Translations under genes and position numbers: made by a program
The notes under the pieces: generated by a model
Seen by the model: only the letters and a program-made list of their open reading frames with translations
What the model was told of the DNA's origin: nothing
Database searches by the model: none
Assembly: GCA_963730935.1 (NCBI GenBank)
Contig: CAVSTP010000002.1
Span: forward strand, 448,001 to 512,000
From: an uncultured Nitrospiraceae bacterium
GTDB taxonomy: Bacteria > Nitrospirota > Nitrospiria > Nitrospirales > Nitrospiraceae
Reading direction: 5' to 3'
Length of the DNA: 64,000 bases
Shown: one piece after another, positions 59,160 to 64,000 of the stretch
How positions within the stretch are numbered: position 1 is the first letter of the stretch
How the letters are laid out: every line of letters starts with the position of its first letter

Positions 59160-60326
59160 ATGGCCGCACCTCGACACCGAGCGCTTTCGTCCGCACTGAG
59201 CGCGTTCATCACCATCATTGGCATCTTGCTGGCAGGGTGCGAGACCCCCAATCCCCGCCAGCAGAATCTCCCGCCCTCGGAGACGGACTTGGTCCTGCTC
59301 AAACCCGGTACCCTCTGTCAGCGTAAGCCGGCGTTTCTTCAACAGCACCCCCAATCCACGCTCGCGACCAAAGCTTGGGGATCGGGCCAGGAGCTCATGG
59401 TCCCGGCGGACCGCAGCGCGTCCCATGGGGATGAATCCTATTTTTTCGATGAGGACGGCACTCTCGTGGGAACGCTGTTCACGTTTTCTTCAGGTCTCGA
59501 TCTGGCGCCGTATTCGGTTCTCCGCCATACGCTCACGCTCCTGAAGCCCACACTGGAGTTCTACTTGACCGTCGCAAACTTCTCTGGGAAGTCCAACATG
59601 GATTCCAGTTCGCTGTATGAAACCGGCGACGAAAAAACCACGACGCAATATCTTGTCATCAGCGCCCGCGAGCACCCGACCTTGCTCCAAGCCTCTGTCA
59701 CCATCGATCCGTACGTCAGATTGTTTTCACCGTATCGCCGGGAGTTCTTGAACCGTTTGCGGCAGCCGAGCGGGAACCAACCGGGACAGCAGGTGGACAG
59801 TCAAGGTGCCGAGGACAAAGAGCCGTTCCCTTCGCTGCAACAGTTCGCCCGCGGTCAAACGGCGCAACTCTCATATTGCGGCGCCCAGCAATACGAGATC
59901 TCGGCCGATGCCTATCGCAAATCCATCGAGAGCGGATTCACCAACAAAGTATGGCTTGCGGAAGCGCACCACAAGCTTGGGCAGTCCTTCTTCGGATTAG
60001 GCCAGTACGAGAAGGCCAAGGTGGAAATGCTCCAGTCGCTGGCGATCAGGCCCAATACGCCGGAGATTCTCAACAGTCTCGGCTCAACCCAGCTGAAATT
60101 GGGCGACAAGGCGGGAGCCTTGGCGTCATTTGAAAAGGCCGTCAGCCTTCGACCGAATTACGCCATTGCCCGCTTCAATTTCGCCGAGGCCATCGAACCG
60201 ACCAATCCAAAGCGCGCGCTTTCGGAATACGAAACGTATCTTGCTCTTGTGGAGGGCATACCGGAGGAAGCGGACCGCATTGCCCTCGTGCAGCAACGAG
60301 TCAAAAAGCTCAGACCTCAGAAATAG
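59160..60326 (+). CDS. TPR-repeat lipoprotein
   Basis: Lipobox LLAGC and C-terminal TPRs (AEAHHKLG..., PEILNSLG..., PNYAIARFN). Confidence 0.85.
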   Translation: MAAPRHRALSSALSAFITIIGILLAGCETPNPRQQNLPPSETDLVLLKPGTLCQRKPAFLQQHPQSTLATKAWGSGQELMVPADRSASHGDESYFFDEDGTLVGTLFTFSSGLDLAPYSVLRHTLTLLKPTLEFYLTVANFSGKSNMDSSSLYETGDEKTTTQYLVISAREHPTLLQASVTIDPYVRLFSPYRREFLNRLRQPSGNQPGQQVDSQGAEDKEPFPSLQQFARGQTAQLSYCGAQQYEISADAYRKSIESGFTNKVWLAEAHHKLGQSFFGLGQYEKAKVEMLQSLAIRPNTPEILNSLGSTQLKLGDKAGALASFEKAVSLRPNYAIARFNFAEAIEPTNPKRALSEYETYLALVEGIPEEADRIALVQQRVKKLRPQK

Positions 60327-60329
60327 AAA

Positions 60330-60758
60330 CTACCTGCGGATTTTTTCTTCCTGCTCCTGGAGAGTCTTGCAGGCGATACAGAGCGTGGTCACGGGGCGGG
60401 CCTTCAAACGTTGGTAAGGGATCTCTTCTTCGCAGCGTTCGCAGATGCCGTAGATGTTCTTGTTCAACCGGTCCAGCGCCTCATCGATCTTCTTGAGCAG
60501 TTTCTGCTCCCGTTCTTTGATCCGCATGGAAAAATTCTGGTCCACTTCGGCGGAAGCCTGATCACTGACGTCCGGAAACGCCTCCGGCCGCTCGCGCTTC
60601 GTAAGGCCTTCGCCGGTCTCATCCAGAATGGCTTGACGCTGTTTTTCCAACTCCCGCCTGATGGCGCTGTATTTCCCACCAGCTGCCGGTTTGCGGGCTC
60701 GCTTGGCTGCAACAGATGTCCTGCGCGTCGTCCGCTTGGGTGAGTTCCGTGTTTTCAT
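60330..60758 (-). CDS. dksA: RNA polymerase-binding transcription factor DksA
   Basis: PDVSDQA (DxxDxA) and the zinc finger CERC...RLKARP...CIAC. Confidence 0.92.
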   Translation of the reverse strand: MKTRNSPKRTTRRTSVAAKRARKPAAGGKYSAIRRELEKQRQAILDETGEGLTKRERPEAFPDVSDQASAEVDQNFSMRIKEREQKLLKKIDEALDRLNKNIYGICERCEEEIPYQRLKARPVTTLCIACKTLQEQEEKIRR

Positions 60759-60840
60759 TCATCACCTGTAAGAGGAAAAATGAACGGAAGACTATAACAG
60801 GGGTTTTGAAATATGGTCAATGGGAAAGGGGACTGCAGGC

Positions 60841-61443
60841 TTATAAATCGCGTCGGCCCTCAATGGACTTCAGCAGCGTGACTTCGTCGGCATACTCGAT
60901 GTCCATGCCGACCGGAATGCCGTAGGCGATCCTGGAAACCCGTACGCCCAGCGGCTTTAATTGATTGGTCAGATAGATGGCGGTGGCTTCACCCTCGATG
61001 GTGGGATTGGTCGCGAGAATGACCTCTTGGACACCGCCGAGTTTCACGCGATCGATCAGTTCTTCGGCGCGGATGTCCGACGGGCCGATCCCATCGAGAG
61101 GAGACAGGGCGCCGAGCAAGACATGATAGAGTCCCCGGTAGGCGCCGGCCCGTTCGACGGCGTACAGCGTACTGGGCTCCTCCACGACCAGGATTCTGGT
61201 CTGATCGCGCTTCGGGTCCAAGCAGTATTCGCACAATTCCGCCTCAGCGATATTCCGGCATTGACGGCAAAACGAGAGACCGTCTTTAACGGCGCGGATG
61301 GCATCGGCCAGCCGTAAGGCCTCTTCCCGTTCGGCCTTGAGCAGATGAAAGGCCAAGCGCTGTGCCGTCTTTTGCCCGATGCCCGGCAACCGGACAAGTT
61401 CTCTCACCAGACGTGCCAGCAAGCCTTGTTGATCAACAGCCAT
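60841..61443 (-). CDS. recR: Recombination mediator RecR
   Basis: LPGIGQKTAQR, C4 zinc finger and Toprim segment ATNPTIEGEAT. Confidence 0.97.
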   Translation of the reverse strand: MAVDQQGLLARLVRELVRLPGIGQKTAQRLAFHLLKAEREEALRLADAIRAVKDGLSFCRQCRNIAEAELCEYCLDPKRDQTRILVVEEPSTLYAVERAGAYRGLYHVLLGALSPLDGIGPSDIRAEELIDRVKLGGVQEVILATNPTIEGEATAIYLTNQLKPLGVRVSRIAYGIPVGMDIEYADEVTLLKSIEGRRDL

Positions 61444-61453
61444 CGCGACGCTG

Positions 61454-61777
61454 TCAAAAGAGGCCGGGAATGTTCATGCCGCCGGTCACTGATTTCATTT
61501 GGTCGGCCATCATCTGTCTCGCCTTCTTCAACGCGTCGTTCGATGCTGCCAGCACGAGGTCCTGCAACATGTCGACGTCTCCACTTTTGACGGCCTCCGG
61601 ATTGATCACGACGCTCACGATCTCCATGCCGCCGTTGGCCGTGACGCTGACCATTCCGCCGCCCGCTGTTCCTGTCACGGTTTTGGTGGCCGCTTCCTCC
61701 TGGAGCTTGGCCATCTGCGCTTGCATGGCCTGCGCCTGCTTCATGAGGTTGGCCATGTTGCCCAATGGATTTTTCAT
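61454..61777 (-). CDS. ybaB: YbaB/EbfC nucleoid-associated protein
   Basis: MKQAQAMQ, AGGGMV and LQDLVLAA, in the dnaX-ybaB-recR order. Confidence 0.95.
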   Translation of the reverse strand: MKNPLGNMANLMKQAQAMQAQMAKLQEEAATKTVTGTAGGGMVSVTANGGMEIVSVVINPEAVKSGDVDMLQDLVLAASNDALKKARQMMADQMKSVTGGMNIPGLF

Positions 61778-63552
61778 TCCTGCACCTCTTGTCGATTCGA
61801 GATCGTCCTGACATCGGCGAGTTCCGCTCCGAAGATTTCCAGCGCCTGCTTGACCACCGGATGCGCTTTCGCCCGCTCCAAGAGTACGAGCTTCTGTTCC
61901 TGTTCTTTTGCCGCCCTAATCTGCGCCATCGTGGGACCAGGCGGATCCGTGTCCGTCAACTCGACGACGCGGACCCGGACCGGCTGCCCGCTCATCCGTT
62001 CACACAAGGAGGTCAGCGACTGAATATTGTCGGCCTTCTCGAGCATGGCCCGCGCGACGGTCGCCTGCTTGCCAAAGCCGATCGTCACGGCGTTGCCCTC
62101 GATAGCGACCAACCGTCCCATTTCAAGAAACGGGGCGATGTTGGGAAAGCTGTGGCCGACCTCTTCTTGCAACCGCTCCCAATCCAAGGTCACAGCCTGC
62201 GGCGGTCGGGCTTCAGTCGTCTGAGCTCCCGCGGGACGCTTCGCCGATTCCGAGCACGGCGGTTGGATCGTGTTGGCGGCAGCTCCAGCGGGCGCAGGCC
62301 TGGGCGTTGGTATAGCCATAGGAGGCGCGGTAGAACGGGGCGGTGTCGGGGCGCCCGCCGGACGCGACGTCGGCGTCTTTTCAGATCGGACAGCAGCCGG
62401 CTGAGTCGGACCCGAAGAAGCCGCGCGGGCCGGCTGTTCAAGAGCGACCTCCTCCTTCCTGAGCAGCCGCGTAGCCTTGACTGCTGCCGTTTCCAGGACA
62501 AATCGGGGATGCGCGCTGAATCTCAGCGCGTCTTCGGCCTGGGTGAAGAGCGCGAACAGCTGCTGGATGTGCTCCGGAGTGAGCGAACCCTTGTCGGCCG
62601 CAAGCTGCGCCAAGTCGTCAGCGGAGGCTTCGATGAGGACAGACCACTCTTGTGATGGAGTGACCGAAACCACCAGCAGGTTGCGCAGGTATTCGACCAC
62701 GTCGGCACAGTAGGCACGCAGGTCGTGTCCTCCTTCGATCAGCTGAGACAGGGCGCGAAGGGCCGCAGCACTGTCCTGCGAGATAATGGCCTGGATGAGT
62801 GACCGTAGCAGCTCCTGTGGCACCGCGCCCAGCAGAGTTTCGAGGTCGGCATGGACGATTGACTTGCCGCCAAAGGCCACTGCTTGGTCGAGCAAACTCA
62901 GACCGTCCCGCATACTGCCTTCGCTGGCCCGAGCCAATGCGGCGAGACTCCGCTCTTCGAGTTCGATGCCATCCTGTTCGGCCACGTGGCGCAGACGGGC
63001 GATGATCTCCGTTTTCGCGATTCGGCGGAAATTATAATGCTGGCAGCGGGAAAGGATCGTCGCCGGAATTTTGTGGATCTCGGTCGTCGCAAAGATGAAC
63101 ACGACATGGGAGGGCGGCTCTTCAAGCGTTTTGAGCAACGCATTAAAGGCGGAATTCGACAACATATGGACTTCGTCGATGATGTAGACGCGGTAGGCCC
63201 CCTTAAAGGGGGTGAACTTGACGTTTTCTCGGATCTCGCGGACGTCATCCACGCTCGTATTCGATGCGCCGTCGATTTCAATGACATCCACGGAATGGCC
63301 TTGCGCGATCTCCGTGCAATTGACGCAGATCCCGCAGGGCATGCCGGTCGGGCCCTGCTCGCAGTTCAGCGCCTTGGCGAGGATGCGCGCCACCGTCGTT
63401 TTTCCTACGCCCCGCGTCCCCGAAAACAGATACGCTTGGGCGATGCGCTTGGTCGTAATTGCGTTGACCAGCGTTTGGACGACATGGGGCTGGCCGATCA
63501 CATCGTCGAATGTGCCCGGCCGGTATTTTCTCGCGGAGACTTGGTAATCCAT
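61774..63552 (-). CDS. dnaX: DNA polymerase III subunit gamma/tau
   Basis: ARKYRP, GTRGVGKT, DEVHML and SRC. Confidence 0.97.
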   Translation of the reverse strand: MDYQVSARKYRPGTFDDVIGQPHVVQTLVNAITTKRIAQAYLFSGTRGVGKTTVARILAKALNCEQGPTGMPCGICVNCTEIAQGHSVDVIEIDGASNTSVDDVREIRENVKFTPFKGAYRVYIIDEVHMLSNSAFNALLKTLEEPPSHVVFIFATTEIHKIPATILSRCQHYNFRRIAKTEIIARLRHVAEQDGIELEERSLAALARASEGSMRDGLSLLDQAVAFGGKSIVHADLETLLGAVPQELLRSLIQAIISQDSAAALRALSQLIEGGHDLRAYCADVVEYLRNLLVVSVTPSQEWSVLIEASADDLAQLAADKGSLTPEHIQQLFALFTQAEDALRFSAHPRFVLETAAVKATRLLRKEEVALEQPARAASSGPTQPAAVRSEKTPTSRPAGAPTPPRSTAPPMAIPTPRPAPAGAAANTIQPPCSESAKRPAGAQTTEARPPQAVTLDWERLQEEVGHSFPNIAPFLEMGRLVAIEGNAVTIGFGKQATVARAMLEKADNIQSLTSLCERMSGQPVRVRVVELTDTDPPGPTMAQIRAAKEQEQKLVLLERAKAHPVVKQALEIFGAELADVRTISNRQEVQE

Positions 63553-63622
63553 ATTCTTTATCGGTTCCTAGGGCGATGGACCGAGCGTGATGTTGGGAGT
63601 CTGGTTGAGCATTCTGAGAAGC

Positions 63623-63723
63623 GGGGCCAGGTGATCCTGCGGCACCCAAAACGTTCTGCTTACCGTTGCTTCCTTCCGGACCTGGCGGGGTTCACAGGGT
63701 TCTGTTGCACAGGGCCCAGCCCC
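63623..63723 (-). ncRNA. ffs: Signal recognition particle RNA (4.5S)
   Basis: CAGGTCCGGAAGGAAGCAAC domain IV core inside a long hairpin, upstream of dnaX. Confidence 0.95.
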
Positions 63724-63818
63724 TTATCCTAACAGACATTCTGAGACGGAGAGGCAGTCAGGTGTTTCCCTATCGCCGTTCATCAATAACCGTGAATCCA
63801 GAGCGAGCGGACTCGGTT

Positions 63819-63908
<90 letters not shown>

Positions 63909-64000
63909 GCGAGCATCGAAGGGCGAATCTTAGCATGCGCTTCCAAGAGCGGCAAGGCGCGTTTGACCGGTCTGATGTGCTTACTTATACTGCGCGAGGA

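Noticed and set aside
61900..62480. Programmed frameshift in dnaX producing gamma
   Set aside because: I found no A-AAA-AAG or long poly-A slippery site in the linker region.

Overview
This is a gene-dense, GC-rich chromosomal segment from a nitrite-oxidising Nitrospira-type bacterium. The assignment rests on a periplasmic, Tat-exported nxrA-nxrB pair. Most of the window is core genome: the mnmE-yidC-yidD-rnpA-rpmH cluster, pgl-glk-rpiA, ybbAP/tesA, a MoxR-DUF58-transglutaminase triad, gcvT, gcvP, fabI, arfB, an OmpR-type two-component system with degP, rimO, argB, xerC, trmFO, dksA, recR-ybaB-dnaX, the SRP RNA and three tRNAs (Gly, Val, Ser). I saw no transposase, prophage or CRISPR array. 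The best candidate for an undescribed system is a four-gene operon at 3.3-6.5 kb with a predicted sigma54 promoter. It encodes a coiled-coil lipoprotein ending in Lys, a DpaA/YafK-like YkuD enzyme, a canonical L,D-transpeptidase and an apparently inactive YkuD-like protein, which together suggest a Braun-lipoprotein-like attach/detach module. Other signals: three sigma54 promoters with IHF-like sites (including nxrA), a secreted triple-repeat peptide, an orphan Tat-exported PvdN-like enzyme, a possible translational switch in the nxrA leader and a low-GC pair of BamE-like lipoproteins. All calls come from reading motifs by eye. No searches were run.
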